Origin: an uncultured delta proteobacterium
Lineage (GTDB): Bacteria > Myxococcota > B64-G9
Length of the DNA stretch: 64,000 nucleotides
Assembly (NCBI GenBank): GCA_963754925.1
Contig: CAVWHX010000007.1
Coordinates: forward strand, 288,001 to 352,000
Direction: 5' to 3'
Shown here: in pieces, positions 51,789-62,170 of the stretch
Numbering within the stretch: the stretch's first letter is position 1
Layout: each line of letters opens with the position of its first letter
Made by a program: the position numbers and the translations under genes
The notes under the pieces: model-generated
Databases searched by the model: none
Told to the model about the DNA's origin: nothing
The model's input: only the letters and a program-made list of their open reading frames with translations

Positions 51789-53097
51789 TCATGATGTACT
51801 AAGGCGTTCGCGTAAGAAACGTCCGAGATCAGCTGTTGGCACTCTCACCTGCTTGGTCGAATCGTCTGGGGCGGCAGACAGGTCTTTGACCGTTGCGGTG
51901 CCTCCGCTGATTTCATCCTCTCCAAGCAACACAACGAAGCGCGCTCCCGAGCGATCGGCACGCTTCATCTGGGATTTCATGCTTCCCCCGCGCACGTCCG
52001 ACTCAACCCGTAGGCCGCCGCGTCTTAATTCACTCATTATTCGCAATGCCGCCTTCCAGCCGTGCTCACCGTGGGTGACCATGAAAACTCCGGGGGCGGC
52101 GCGCGGCGCAGGCCGAAGCTCTTTCAACTTGAGGAGTACGCGATCGAGCCCGGTGGCAAAACCTATCGCCGGCACCTCGGGCCCGCCCAAGGTTTGGATT
52201 AACCCGTCGTAACGGGCCGCCGCCGGTGACGGTGTTCTGCGCCCCAAGGCCCTCCGCCAGCACCTCAAACGTCGTGCGGGTGTAGTAGTCGAGTCCGCGC
52301 ACCATCCGGTGATTGAGCTGAAAAGGAATCTCAAGAAGTCCAAGACCCATTTGAACCTTTTGGAAATGCTCGCGACAATCAGTACATAACCAATCTACCA
52401 TTTTGGGCGCCGCCAGAGCAATTTCTATACAACCGTCGATCTTGCAGTCAAGCACCCTGAGCGGGTTGTGCTGCATGCGCGCCCGACATTTTTCACACAG
52501 GCGGTCCGCGTTATCGTTGAGATATTCCAGCAGGCGGCTGCGGTAGGCAGGTCGGCACTGCAAACAGCCCAGCGAGTTGAGCTGCAGGGATGTCCCCGTC
52601 AGGCCAAGGGCTTTGGTGCATTCAACTGCCAAGTCTATCAATTCCACATCGGCGTACGGTTCGGCTGCTCCGATAAGTTCCACCCCCACTTGGCTAAACT
52701 GGCGATAACGTCCTTTTTGCGGGCGCTCGTGGCGAAACATCGGCCCGAGGTAGTACAACCAGGAAACCGGCTCGAGCGACCAACGCGCGCTTTCAATGTA
52801 CGCGCGCACCACCGAGGCGGTGCCTTCGGGGCGGAGGGTGAGCGACGTGCCATCGCGATCATCGAAGGTATACATCTCTTTTTCGACGATATCGCTCTCC
52901 TCGCCAATCGATCGCTTGAACAACCGCGACTGTTCGAGGAGCGGGGTGCGGATCTCGCTGTAGCCGAAGCGCTCCAGCACCTGGAGCAACGTGCGTTCCA
53001 TCCATTGCCACCAGGAAACATCCTCCGGCAAGATATCGCGCATCCCGCGAATGATCTGAATCCGATCAGCTGGTTCCGCTGTTCCCATGACCATCAC
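51789..53097 (-). CDS. hisS: Histidine--tRNA ligase, apparent +1 C at 52214-52216
   Basis: RGMRDILP, IVEKEMYTF, LRPEGTA, FRHERPQKGRYRQF, RGLDYY. Corrected GGG-RYDGL..GFATGLDR joins the anticodon domain KSQMKRAD. Confidence 0.95.
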
Positions 53098-53188
53098 TTT
53101 CTATTGCACGCCACTATTCACTGCTCATTCATGAAAAAAGCCTTGATGGGTGGTTGATACACTAAATAATCAGTAAATGACATAAAAT

Positions 53189-54757
53189 TCATTGATGATT
53201 AAGTTCTTTGAGGGAATCCCTTATAGCCCGAAGGTGCTTTTTACTACAAAAGTTTTTAAAAGCTTTGAGAAAGGTCGCGCGCAGCTCCTTCGTCTCCATC
53301 TGTTTCGCATAAACTCTTTGTCCGAGGGCCAGAAACAACGGCACCGCTTTTCCCCGGGGACCCTTGATATGGAGTGCTGCTTGTTGCAGCAAACCGGTTG
53401 CCACGACGGCATCTTGGTGCGCGCCAAGGGTGTCCTGCAGTTGGATGAGTTCGGCAATAAATTCAACCAGCCGGTCACCGTACAGCAGCTCAAAGAACTC
53501 ACCGGCGTATCGGAGGCGTTTGCAGAGAATACGCTCACGATGGAAGTTCGCATCGGGTGCCGTCGGCGAGAGACTGCAGCCGCCATCAAGTAGCCGCGCC
53601 AACCGCCTGCGGAGAACGACGGGTGCCACCTCAACACCGGGACGCCGGCCGAGACTCGCTCGCGGATAGCGCGGAGCGTCCTGAGACAACCAGCGGTCCA
53701 TGCGACGCACCAGGCGCTCATAGCGCCTGCTGTGGAGCAACCGCAACAGCCGACGGCGCAGGACTGCTCGGCGGTTTTGCAACATTCGCCTAAATATCAC
53801 GATGACCTCACGTTCCCCTTCAGAAAGGTCCTCGGCGTCGTATCGCAGACCCTCAAGCTGGACATCCAGGTCGCGGATGTCGCCGAGTGCGTTGCCGAGC
53901 CAGCCCAGTTCCGCTCGAAGACGTTGGGTACGCCGCACAGGCAGGGCATTCCGAAAAAGGCGCATCGCCACCCGCAGCCTGCGGGTGGCCACCCGCATAT
54001 GGTGCAGCGCCTCGCGATCCAGGCCCAGGCAGGTTCCGGCCTCGTTTTTTTTGAGATGCCGCCACTGCATTTGAAGCACCGACAGCGCTAGATCCAGCAT
54101 GCGCGGACCGACGGAACGTTGAGGCGGCGCTTCCTCTTCAAGATTGAGTAGCGCGATCCGCCGTCCGGCCGCGCTTCCCTCGTCATGCGCCAAACCAAAA
54201 ATGGCCTGAAGGTCTGCAATTAGGGATTCCGGCAACGTCTTTTCCGGTTCCGCCTCGAGCTCCAACTCAAAGAGACGCCGGCGCCGTCCCGATGCCCGCA
54301 GCACCACCTCACGCACGGTTGCCTGGAGCCAGCCTTCCGCCGATCCCACCCTCAGGACTTTCTCATGGCCGGTCTCTGAAAAACGGCGCTGTAACCTTCG
54401 GCCGGCCAGTAACGGCCGCAACCACTCGGCAAGCGGCCCGGGGCCAAGCACCTCCTTACCGAGGGGGCCGCTTGGTTGCGACAGGGGCGGCATGGGATCA
54501 ATCGGGGACTCCGGCGGACGAATCCAGTCAAGGGTCAATGACCCCGTAGTTGCAGTGCTGTCGTCGTAGACACAAGCAAGTGAGGCCTGTTGCAGCAAAT
54601 TGTCGGGGGTATCAAAAAAGACTCGATGCAATGGACCGTCGGCAATATCCTCAGCGAGAGGTCCACCCGCCGAAATTCGTTCGACAATTGCCCCAGAATC
54701 TAGTTGACCTTGACGATAGAGGGTGTAGCTATGTTTCTTTTCGTCCACCATAACCAA
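53189..54757 (-). CDS. CHAD domain protein with degenerate N-terminal CYTH-like domain
   Basis: FFDTPD, ELELE; LHHMRVATRRLR, LGDIRDLDV, HRERILCKRLRYAGE, LQDTLGAHQD. Confidence 0.88.
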   Translation of the reverse strand: MVMVDEKKHSYTLYRQGQLDSGAIVERISAGGPLAEDIADGPLHRVFFDTPDNLLQQASLACVYDDSTATTGSLTLDWIRPPESPIDPMPPLSQPSGPLGKEVLGPGPLAEWLRPLLAGRRLQRRFSETGHEKVLRVGSAEGWLQATVREVVLRASGRRRRLFELELEAEPEKTLPESLIADLQAIFGLAHDEGSAAGRRIALLNLEEEAPPQRSVGPRMLDLALSVLQMQWRHLKKNEAGTCLGLDREALHHMRVATRRLRVAMRLFRNALPVRRTQRLRAELGWLGNALGDIRDLDVQLEGLRYDAEDLSEGEREVIVIFRRMLQNRRAVLRRRLLRLLHSRRYERLVRRMDRWLSQDAPRYPRASLGRRPGVEVAPVVLRRRLARLLDGGCSLSPTAPDANFHRERILCKRLRYAGEFFELLYGDRLVEFIAELIQLQDTLGAHQDAVVATGLLQQAALHIKGPRGKAVPLFLALGQRVYAKQMETKELRATFLKAFKNFCSKKHLRAIRDSLKELNHQ

Positions 54758-55014
54758 ACTATACTACAATTTCTATTTTACGCATAAGCCTTCCTAAAAA
54801 CATCGAGGTTTGCCACCAATATATTTCAATAATAATTCTATTAATTGAACTGCTATCTTCATAATCTAAACATTTACTTTAAGAAAAAAACCAGTGCACA
54901 CAAAATTCTAAACCATATTCAACAGTACATACTATAATTTCTTGAGTCTAAAACATATTCTAACCTTAATGTCATAAGTTAAGATTATACTTTTGAACAG
55001 AACCGAGGAAAAAT

Positions 55015-55476
55015 GTGAAACGAGTTTATGAATCAAAGAAGGATGGCTGGATCGTTGCCCTGTTATGGGGGGCAGTGGCGGTTATGATCGTTGGTGCCGG
55101 AAATCTCTGGAGGTCGCCGACATCGTTTGCCTTTCGATTGCTGATGTCCGTCCTGTTTTCGGTTTCAGCCATTTTGGTGATGTGGGTGCTGTATGGAACG
55201 CGTTACACACTGACTGAGGGCAAACTCATTGTGCAATCAGGACCCTTTCGTTGGGTGATAGAACTGGATTCAATCACCGAGGTCTTCCCTACCCGCAACC
55301 CGCTTTCAAGCCCTGCGTGCTCGTTGGATCGGCTTCACATTCGTTATCGTCCGAGTCGTCAGGGGATTATGATATCGCCTCAAGATAAGGCGGTATTTCT
55401 TCAGGATCTGGTAGTGTTGTCTCCTGGACTAACGCTGGATGGAGATCGAATGGTGCGGAATGATTCGAACGGCTAA
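55015..55476 (+). CDS. Bacterial PH domain membrane protein
   Basis: Two TM helices, TRYTL..VQSGPF, NPLSSPACSLDRLHIRY, ISPQD. Confidence 0.8.
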   Translation: MKRVYESKKDGWIVALLWGAVAVMIVGAGNLWRSPTSFAFRLLMSVLFSVSAILVMWVLYGTRYTLTEGKLIVQSGPFRWVIELDSITEVFPTRNPLSSPACSLDRLHIRYRPSRQGIMISPQDKAVFLQDLVVLSPGLTLDGDRMVRNDSNG

Positions 55477-55628
55477 ATTTTTGACCTAATAATATCAAGG
55501 GGTATAATTTACTTGTAAATAAATCGGAAAAGCGGCGCACAAGCAGTCTCCCAGCGCGGAGTGGAACAACGGTATCCACAATTCAATCAACCAAAAATCA
55601 TAAAAACCGAGGTTAATGGAGGCTGGTC

Positions 55629-55850
55629 ATGGCAGATTGTGAATTGTTAGCTTCGTGTCAATTCTTCACCGAAAAAAGGTTAAAAATGCCTACCGTGGCT
55701 GAAATGATGAAAACTCGCTTATGCCACGGTGACCACTCTCAATGCGCACGATATATAGTATATGAAAAGTTGGGCAGGTCTAACGTTCCTGAAGACTTGT
55801 CTCCGGTTGATGTTGAACGAGCAAACAAGATTCTTTTCGCTGGATCTTGA
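55629..55850 (+). CDS. Small Cys-rich hypothetical protein
   Basis: RBS GGAGG; CELLASCQFF..LC..CARY..VPEDLSP. Confidence 0.7.
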   Translation: MADCELLASCQFFTEKRLKMPTVAEMMKTRLCHGDHSQCARYIVYEKLGRSNVPEDLSPVDVERANKILFAGS

Positions 55851-56018
55851 TTCTACCAACTTTCTTCATATTCTCAACTCCTCTACGATTCTAAAGACGT
55901 CAAATCGATTGATACGCAGTAGGAAGAATGAAGATGAATTCAGAACGCTGAATAATTGACGCCTTCGCAAAATGTCCTTATTGTCTAGGGGTAGGCTTCT
56001 AGCGGCGAAAACAAATAC

Positions 56019-56783
56019 ATGCTCGAGCACATCGACCTAACTAAGCACGTAAGCCGGGCGGAATATAAGCGGCTGCTTCCGGAGCTGCAAGCCCAAGTTT
56101 ACGAAAAAGAAAAAGCCATATTCGATCGGGCTATCTCGGTGAGTATCCTCTTTGAAGGTTGGGCGGCAGCCGACAAGGGTTCCTCAATCCGGGTCTTGAC
56201 CTCGCGGCTGGACCCGCGCGGTTTTCGGGTGGTGCCGATTTCATCCGCCAAACCTCACGAGCAAAAATTCCCCTGGCTGTATCGTTTCTGGCTTGTGCTT
56301 CCCAACTACGGGCAGATAGCCATCTTCGATCAGAGTTGGTACCGCCGCCTTCTGATCGAGCGCGTGGAGAAACGAATACCGAAGCATGAGTGGAAACAAG
56401 CATTCAATGACATCCGCGACTTCGAGCGCACCCTGGCCGACAACGGCATGGTGATCATCAAATTCTTTCTGCATATCAGCAAAAAAGAGCAGGCCAAGCG
56501 CTTTCGCAAGTTGCTTGCCGATCCCATTACCGCCTGGCAGGTCAACGAAGAAGAGCGCTTTCAACAAAAGCATTACGACAAGTATCTTGAAGCCATCGAG
56601 GAGATGCTCGGTCAGACCGAGGCCGAGTGGGCTCCTTGGACTATCGTAGAGGCCACCGACCGAGACTATACCCGCATTAAGGTGATGCAAACGATAATTA
56701 CCATGTTGACCGCAGCGCTTGAGTCACACGACAAAGAAAAACCCCGATCGAAAAAACAGCCGCTGAGAACCAAAGATGCTTGA
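56019..56783 (+). CDS. Polyphosphate kinase 2 family domain (N-terminal half of class II PPK2/PAP, degenerate P-loop)
   Basis: FEGWAAADKG, LDPRGF, IFDQSWY, KFFLHISKKEQ, APWTIVEA. Confidence 0.88.
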   Translation: MLEHIDLTKHVSRAEYKRLLPELQAQVYEKEKAIFDRAISVSILFEGWAAADKGSSIRVLTSRLDPRGFRVVPISSAKPHEQKFPWLYRFWLVLPNYGQIAIFDQSWYRRLLIERVEKRIPKHEWKQAFNDIRDFERTLADNGMVIIKFFLHISKKEQAKRFRKLLADPITAWQVNEEERFQQKHYDKYLEAIEEMLGQTEAEWAPWTIVEATDRDYTRIKVMQTIITMLTAALESHDKEKPRSKKQPLRTKDA

Positions 56784-57504
56784 AAACGTCAACCTGAGGC
56801 TAGCGTTGAGCAAAACCGAATACGAGAAGCAACTCGGCCGGCTGCAGACCGAGTTGAGCTTCTTTGGCTTTCAAGTGTACACCCAACAGCGGCCGGTAGT
56901 AGTCGTGTTTGAAGGCTGGGACGCAGCCGGCAAAGGCGGCTGCATCAAGCGCGTGACCAGCAAGCTCGACCCGCGCGGTTATACGGTATGGGCAATTGAC
57001 GCCCCCCACGGCGAGGACAAATCCCATCACTACCTGTATCGATTTTGGCGCAGGCTTCCGGAAAAAAGCCGCATCGCCATCTTCGATCGTTCCTGGTACG
57101 GCCGGGTGTTGGTCGAGCGCATTGAAGGTTTTTGCGAGGAGGCGGCGTGGAAGCGCGCCTATCGGGAGATAAACGATTTCGAGCGGCAGTTATCCAATTT
57201 CGGAACCATTTTGGTAAAGTTTTGGCTGCACATCAGCAAAAAAGAACAGCTTCGGCGCTTCAAGGAACGACGCCGGGATCAACATAAACAATTCAAGATC
57301 ACGCCGGACGATTGGCGTAACCGCGATAAGTGGGACCAATACGGGGAGGCGGTTGAAGAGATGCTGCTTAAGACCAGCACCCTGGAGGCACCGTGGCACG
57401 TCATCGAGGCCGAGGACAAGTACTGGGCGCGCATCAACGTCCTCAAGATTCTCGTGGACAAGCTTCGCGGCGAACTCAGGGACATCAAACGGTCGCCGGG
57501 ATAG
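56776..57504 (+). CDS. ppk2: Polyphosphate kinase 2 family domain (catalytic half of class II PPK2/PAP)
   Basis: FEGWDAAGKGG, LDPRGY, FDRSWYGRVLVER, KITPDDWRNR. Confidence 0.9.
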   Translation: MLENVNLRLALSKTEYEKQLGRLQTELSFFGFQVYTQQRPVVVVFEGWDAAGKGGCIKRVTSKLDPRGYTVWAIDAPHGEDKSHHYLYRFWRRLPEKSRIAIFDRSWYGRVLVERIEGFCEEAAWKRAYREINDFERQLSNFGTILVKFWLHISKKEQLRRFKERRRDQHKQFKITPDDWRNRDKWDQYGEAVEEMLLKTSTLEAPWHVIEAEDKYWARINVLKILVDKLRGELRDIKRSPG

Positions 57505-57518
57505 GTAATTGTTAGAAC

Positions 57519-58013
57519 TCAATCAGAAAGCTTCGATAGGACTTCCGGGGTCAACACCCAACTGAGTATTCCCTTCGGTGAACGCAGGCTATCGAGATCA
57601 ACCAGACAGAGCCCGCTCTTGCTGAGATCAATTACTTGTTTTTCAATCCCGAGTAATGTTGAGGCAAAAAGACTGAGACTCGGATTATGGCCAATGAGCA
57701 TTATCCGACTAAACTTACCGTGGCTGCGCAACGCCTCTAACAGCGCCGTCGGGTTCACACCCGGAGAAAGCGCTTCAAGGACGAGCACCCGGTCTTCGAT
57801 ATTCAGGATCCGGGCCGTGATCATCGCCGTCTCAAATGCCCGTTTTAGGGGGCTGGTGAAAATGGCATCAACCTTTCCTATCAGATGGCTCATGCCCTTC
57901 GCGGCTTTTTTCATCTTGGCTATTCCTTTGGCCGACAACGGACGCTCGGCGTCCGACCCACCGGCCGGATCAACGTCTTCCGCAATGGCGTGGCGCAAGA
58001 GAAAAATTTCCAT
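57519..58013 (-). CDS. sixA: Phosphohistidine phosphatase SixA
   Basis: LLRHAIAE, RPLSAKG, TSPLKRAFETA, IGHNPSL. Confidence 0.9.
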   Translation of the reverse strand: MEIFLLRHAIAEDVDPAGGSDAERPLSAKGIAKMKKAAKGMSHLIGKVDAIFTSPLKRAFETAMITARILNIEDRVLVLEALSPGVNPTALLEALRSHGKFSRIMLIGHNPSLSLFASTLLGIEKQVIDLSKSGLCLVDLDSLRSPKGILSWVLTPEVLSKLSD

Positions 58014-58135
58014 GGCTTAACTCCCCCTTCATGTGCTAATTTAACCTACAGTATTTGTACATCAGGTGTCTGGCATCTTATAGTATTACACGCACTCGAT
58101 AGTCGCTTACAACTGAAAAAAATGTCACGAGCCGA

Positions 58136-59266
58136 ATGATTTCTCGCGAAAACATTATAGAAGAAGGCCGCCGATGGGGATTCGCGGACGTTGGATTCAC
58201 AACCGCTGAACCGTTCGATTCGCATCGAGATTTCCTCTCGCATCGGCAACAGGAATACGGATGGGCCGAGGCGGCGGGGCTTTCGCTCATGGCCGGATTC
58301 GATCCGAAAGCGGCGCTCGCCTCGGCGAAATCGATAATCGTCCTGCTTGAAAACTACCTGCAGGAAGCAATTCCTCCGCCGCTCGAAAAGTATTTTGGCC
58401 GCTGTTACCTCGACGACGACCGCATGACCAAAGATGGCCTAACGCAACGGGTCAAGGCCTTCAGATCGTTTCTGCGAACAAACGGCATCGATTCGAAGGT
58501 CCCGTTCAACCTGCCCCACCGGGTCACGGCCGCGCGGGCCGGATTGGGAACGTTAGGAAAGAACTGCTTGTTCTTCGCCGGGAGGGCGGCTCGGCAAAGT
58601 TCCTGGGTAACTCCTATCACCGTAGTGGTCGATCGGGAATTTCCGCCCGATGAGCCGACGATAAGGATGGCTTGTCCCGAGTGGTGCCGCAACGCCTGTA
58701 TCGCCGCCTGCCCAACCAGGGCGCTTCTGGGTAACGGCACTATCGATCCGCGGAAATGCATTTTGTACCTGACGTGTTACGGCAAAGAGATAACGCCCCG
58801 CGAGTTGCGCGAGCCGATGGGAATGTACGTGTACGGTTGCGACATCTGCCAGGAGGTTTGCCCGCGCAATCGGCCGTGGCTTTCGCAGGAGCTGGTTCTT
58901 AGTCAACGTATTGCCGCTAAGGCGAAGAGTTTCGATCTGATCGCCCTTCTCCACATGGACCGGGAATTTTTCACCAAGAATGTGTGGCCGCATATGTTCT
59001 ATATTCCGCCGGATGAGATGTGGGTATGGAAAATGAACGTCGCCCGGGCGATGGGCAACAGCCGCGATGAGTGTTACCTTCCCGAACTCATCCGGGCGTT
59101 TTCTGAAACGAGCGACGAACGCGCCAGGGGAATGATCGCTTGGGCCCTGGGTCGCATCGGCGGAAGCCAGGCCAGGAAATCTATCGAAGGCTTCTTATCC
59201 GCCAGCGAGGGTTTGGTGCGCAAAGAGATACTGAGTGCGCTTGATAGCGAGGAGCTGTGTTATTAA
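58136..59266 (+). CDS. queG: Epoxyqueuosine reductase-like 4Fe-4S protein with HEAT-like C-terminus
   Basis: AARAGLGTLGKN, C..C..CIAACPT, KCILYLT, YGCDICQEVCPRN, AWALGRIG. Confidence 0.75.
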   Translation: MISRENIIEEGRRWGFADVGFTTAEPFDSHRDFLSHRQQEYGWAEAAGLSLMAGFDPKAALASAKSIIVLLENYLQEAIPPPLEKYFGRCYLDDDRMTKDGLTQRVKAFRSFLRTNGIDSKVPFNLPHRVTAARAGLGTLGKNCLFFAGRAARQSSWVTPITVVVDREFPPDEPTIRMACPEWCRNACIAACPTRALLGNGTIDPRKCILYLTCYGKEITPRELREPMGMYVYGCDICQEVCPRNRPWLSQELVLSQRIAAKAKSFDLIALLHMDREFFTKNVWPHMFYIPPDEMWVWKMNVARAMGNSRDECYLPELIRAFSETSDERARGMIAWALGRIGGSQARKSIEGFLSASEGLVRKEILSALDSEELCY

Positions 59267-59320
59267 TTGTGAGATGTTATTGAAAATCGGCGGGATCTTT
59301 CCTGTGAATTATGAAATTGG

Positions 59321-59869
59321 CTATACAACTCTGCTGAGTATTATTTCAACCTCAGTATCGCTTATGCGTCTGTATTTGCTTGTAAATCCATATTTTGCGA
59401 CTTCTTCAAAATGACATTTTAGATATTGTTCTACATGTATCCAGAAAGCATCGCTGGCTTTCATTTCGGATATATTAATGAGAAAAGTATCCTGTTCTTT
59501 ACGCGTCCCTTTAATTATTCCCCCGGAGAAATGATGATTCCACAAAAACTGGAGGTTCTTGTTAAGGGCATCGAGCGAATCGATCTTGGTTACAACACGC
59601 ATAAGCCCTTGCAATTGCTCGCGTACTTCTTGCGTTGAACAATCCCGAAATGCAGCTTCGGATTTTGAATGTTGAAAGAAAGCAACAAGTAACGAGTCTT
59701 TGGCTTTAAAATCGTAATTTTGATCGGAGAGAAGCGCACCCGACAGGATATCCTTTGTTTCGGGATCAAGGTTCTCAATCATTTTATTAAAAAAATCCGC
59801 CCCATAGGTATCAAGGATATAGCGCTTTATAAAATAAATTGAATTGCCTTTTACGGTTATCTTGTTCAT
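59321..59869 (-). CDS. Hypothetical protein, DUF2378/H-NOX-V4R-like
   Basis: VKGNSIYFIKRYILDTYG..W.HHFSGG; AT-rich. Confidence 0.5.
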   Translation of the reverse strand: MNKITVKGNSIYFIKRYILDTYGADFFNKMIENLDPETKDILSGALLSDQNYDFKAKDSLLVAFFQHSKSEAAFRDCSTQEVREQLQGLMRVVTKIDSLDALNKNLQFLWNHHFSGGIIKGTRKEQDTFLINISEMKASDAFWIHVEQYLKCHFEEVAKYGFTSKYRRISDTEVEIILSRVV

Positions 59870-60048
59870 AGAGACACCTACCCAAATTTTATTGTGGGGA
59901 GTTATCGAGTCATTGTCAATTTTCTATCTATAAAGAGGAGTACGGCATCAATTACGCAAGGGCCTTTGAATGCCTCGGCGGCGCTTAGGTTACTGAATCT
60001 CTTGAAGGTTTTTTCATTCACCAACGAGGGGTTGGTGCGAGTAGTAAT

Positions 60049-61380
60049 CTAATTTGTTGGCTTTTCCAGCAGAAGATCCTCGCCGAGAATCGCCCCGGCC
60101 AGAATGCGGCGCGCTTCAAGTAGCTCAATACGCTTCTTCAACTCAAGGATCTTTTTCTCGTCTTTCTCATGTTCGAGTTGAGTACGGGCCTGGGCTGCGG
60201 CTCGATCGTCGGCAACGACGCGAATATCAATCGGTCCATTGTTCCGCTGCCGTTCGAGCGCATTGTTGTCAATCCATAGCGGTTCGGCCGAAAGATCGGC
60301 GAGCTCCGTGCGAATCCGACCGTTGCCGTAGTCTTTGCGCACCACCGCGAATCGGAGGATCACACCGTCTCTCGGGTAGCCGGCCTTGTCGGGATGGAGT
60401 CCATACACATAAAAACGCGACTGATTGGCGATGAAATTGCCCAGGCTGTAACTCACCAGGGTGATCCGCCCATCGTGTGTCAGGTAGACTTCTACCGGCT
60501 GCAGGACATGTGGGTGGTGGCCAAGGATGACATCGACCCCGCCGTCGAGCAGCCGGTGGGCAAGCTCGATGTCCTGCTTACGGGGTACGATTTGGTACTC
60601 TTCTCCCCAATGGACCGAGAGAATCACCATCTCCGCTCCCTGGGCGCGCGCTGAAGCGACGGCCGACAGGATCAAGTCTTCCTTCAGTTCGAGCGCACAC
60701 GGCTTTTCAGGGGACCTACTCGGGCGGTAGTTAAACACCTGGGATGCCCCCAAAAACGCCAACTTGATTCCCTTGACGTCAATCATCTTCGGAGCGGCGG
60801 CTTCGGCGCAAGTTTTACCGGCGCCAAGAAACGTTAGCGACGAAGAGCCCAACTGCTCGATGCTTTCCAAAAACCCTTTCGTGGACTGATCAAAAACATG
60901 GTTATTGGCAAACGAGACGACCGTGATGCCGGTCGCCCGGAGGGCCCCTAAAAACTCGGGTGGCGCATTAAACATGAAGGGAACGGTTTTTTTGCCGGTC
61001 TTCGGCGCAACCGGCGATTCGAGGTTGCAAAACCCGATGTCAGCCGTAAGAAGCTCATCACGGACACCCGCAAACAACGCATCAAAACCGTCGTGGTTGA
61101 TGGAGTTGCCCTTACTGTCTTTGAGGTTTGCCTGCTCGGCTGAAGTCAGCACCATGCCGTGGGGAATGGCGTCGCCCACAGCCGCAATGTTAACCTGGGC
61201 CACAATGCTTGAAACGGCTCCTGCGGGAAGAGGCGGCTTACATGGTCGCAGCGTCAGCTGAGCTCGCGGGTCGGAAGTATTTTTCTGTTGTGGCGCGGTG
61301 GGTATCGTTTGAGCGGCACAAACACCTGACAGGATAAAGACACTTACGAAAAGCATCAGAAATATAATATACTTGCGCAT
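60049..61380 (-). CDS. CapA/PgsA family metallophosphatase-like exported protein
   Basis: AVGD, NLESP, FANNHVFD, SVHWGEEY, GHHPHVLQ, YSLGNF; signal peptide MRKYIIFL. Confidence 0.9.
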   Translation of the reverse strand: MRKYIIFLMLFVSVFILSGVCAAQTIPTAPQQKNTSDPRAQLTLRPCKPPLPAGAVSSIVAQVNIAAVGDAIPHGMVLTSAEQANLKDSKGNSINHDGFDALFAGVRDELLTADIGFCNLESPVAPKTGKKTVPFMFNAPPEFLGALRATGITVVSFANNHVFDQSTKGFLESIEQLGSSSLTFLGAGKTCAEAAAPKMIDVKGIKLAFLGASQVFNYRPSRSPEKPCALELKEDLILSAVASARAQGAEMVILSVHWGEEYQIVPRKQDIELAHRLLDGGVDVILGHHPHVLQPVEVYLTHDGRITLVSYSLGNFIANQSRFYVYGLHPDKAGYPRDGVILRFAVVRKDYGNGRIRTELADLSAEPLWIDNNALERQRNNGPIDIRVVADDRAAAQARTQLEHEKDEKKILELKKRIELLEARRILAGAILGEDLLLEKPTN

Positions 61381-61411
61381 ATTCACGTCCGCTCCCCTGA
61401 ATGCACCTGGC

Positions 61412-62161
61412 CTATTTCGAAAAGAGATCCCGCAGCCACTGAATGGTTGTTTGGCGACCGAGCTCCCCAATAGCGGTGGTCAGCGGGATTTTCTTAGGGC
61501 AAACTCTGACGCAGTTTTGGGCGTTGCCGCAGTCGGTGATGCCGCCGTCCCCCATGATGGTGTGGAGGCGTTCTTCTTTCATGAACCGGCCGACGGGGTC
61601 GGAATTGTGCAAGCGCACCTGTCCCAACGTTGCAGGTCCGATGAAGGTCGAGCGCGTATGGTATTGCGGGCAGGCCTCCATGCAACAACCGCAGGTCATG
61701 CACCGCGAAAAGAGATAGCGAATGGATTGATCGCCAGGGCCGATCAACGGCTCATGGCGATGAATGGAATACATGCCGTCGATGTGAATCCAGGCTTTGA
61801 CCTTCTGCAAGGCGTCAAACATTTTCTGGCGGTCAACCTGGAGGTCGCGCACCACGGGAAACTTGCTAAGCGGTTCGAGCACAATCGGTTGCTTGAGGCT
61901 ATCGACGAGCGCCGCGCAGCCTTGGCGTGGGACTCCGTTGATAATCATCGCGCACGCCCCGCATACTTCTTCCAAACAATTGCACTCCCAGACGACCGGC
62001 TCGACCCGTTTGCCGGTTGCGTTTATCGGATGTTCCCGGAGGTACATCAACAGCGAGACTATGGTATGGCCCGGCGTATGGGGCGGATTGAATTCTTCCC
62101 AGTAGGCTTTCGCCTCGGGGCCGTTTTGGCGTCTTATTTTCAATCGAATGGTGTCACCCAT
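61412..62161 (-). CDS. sdhB: Succinate dehydrogenase iron-sulfur subunit
   Basis: CLEEVCGAC, CMTCGCCMEACP, CGNAQNCVRVCPK. Confidence 0.95.
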   Translation of the reverse strand: MGDTIRLKIRRQNGPEAKAYWEEFNPPHTPGHTIVSLLMYLREHPINATGKRVEPVVWECNCLEEVCGACAMIINGVPRQGCAALVDSLKQPIVLEPLSKFPVVRDLQVDRQKMFDALQKVKAWIHIDGMYSIHRHEPLIGPGDQSIRYLFSRCMTCGCCMEACPQYHTRSTFIGPATLGQVRLHNSDPVGRFMKEERLHTIMGDGGITDCGNAQNCVRVCPKKIPLTTAIGELGRQTTIQWLRDLFSK

Positions 62162-62170
62162 GGCGTTCCT

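Noticed and set aside
52200..52230. Programmed frameshift or pseudogene in hisS
   Set aside because: No slippery heptamer. One extra base in a short run breaks the conserved GGRYD motif, like many other indels in the window, so error is most likely.
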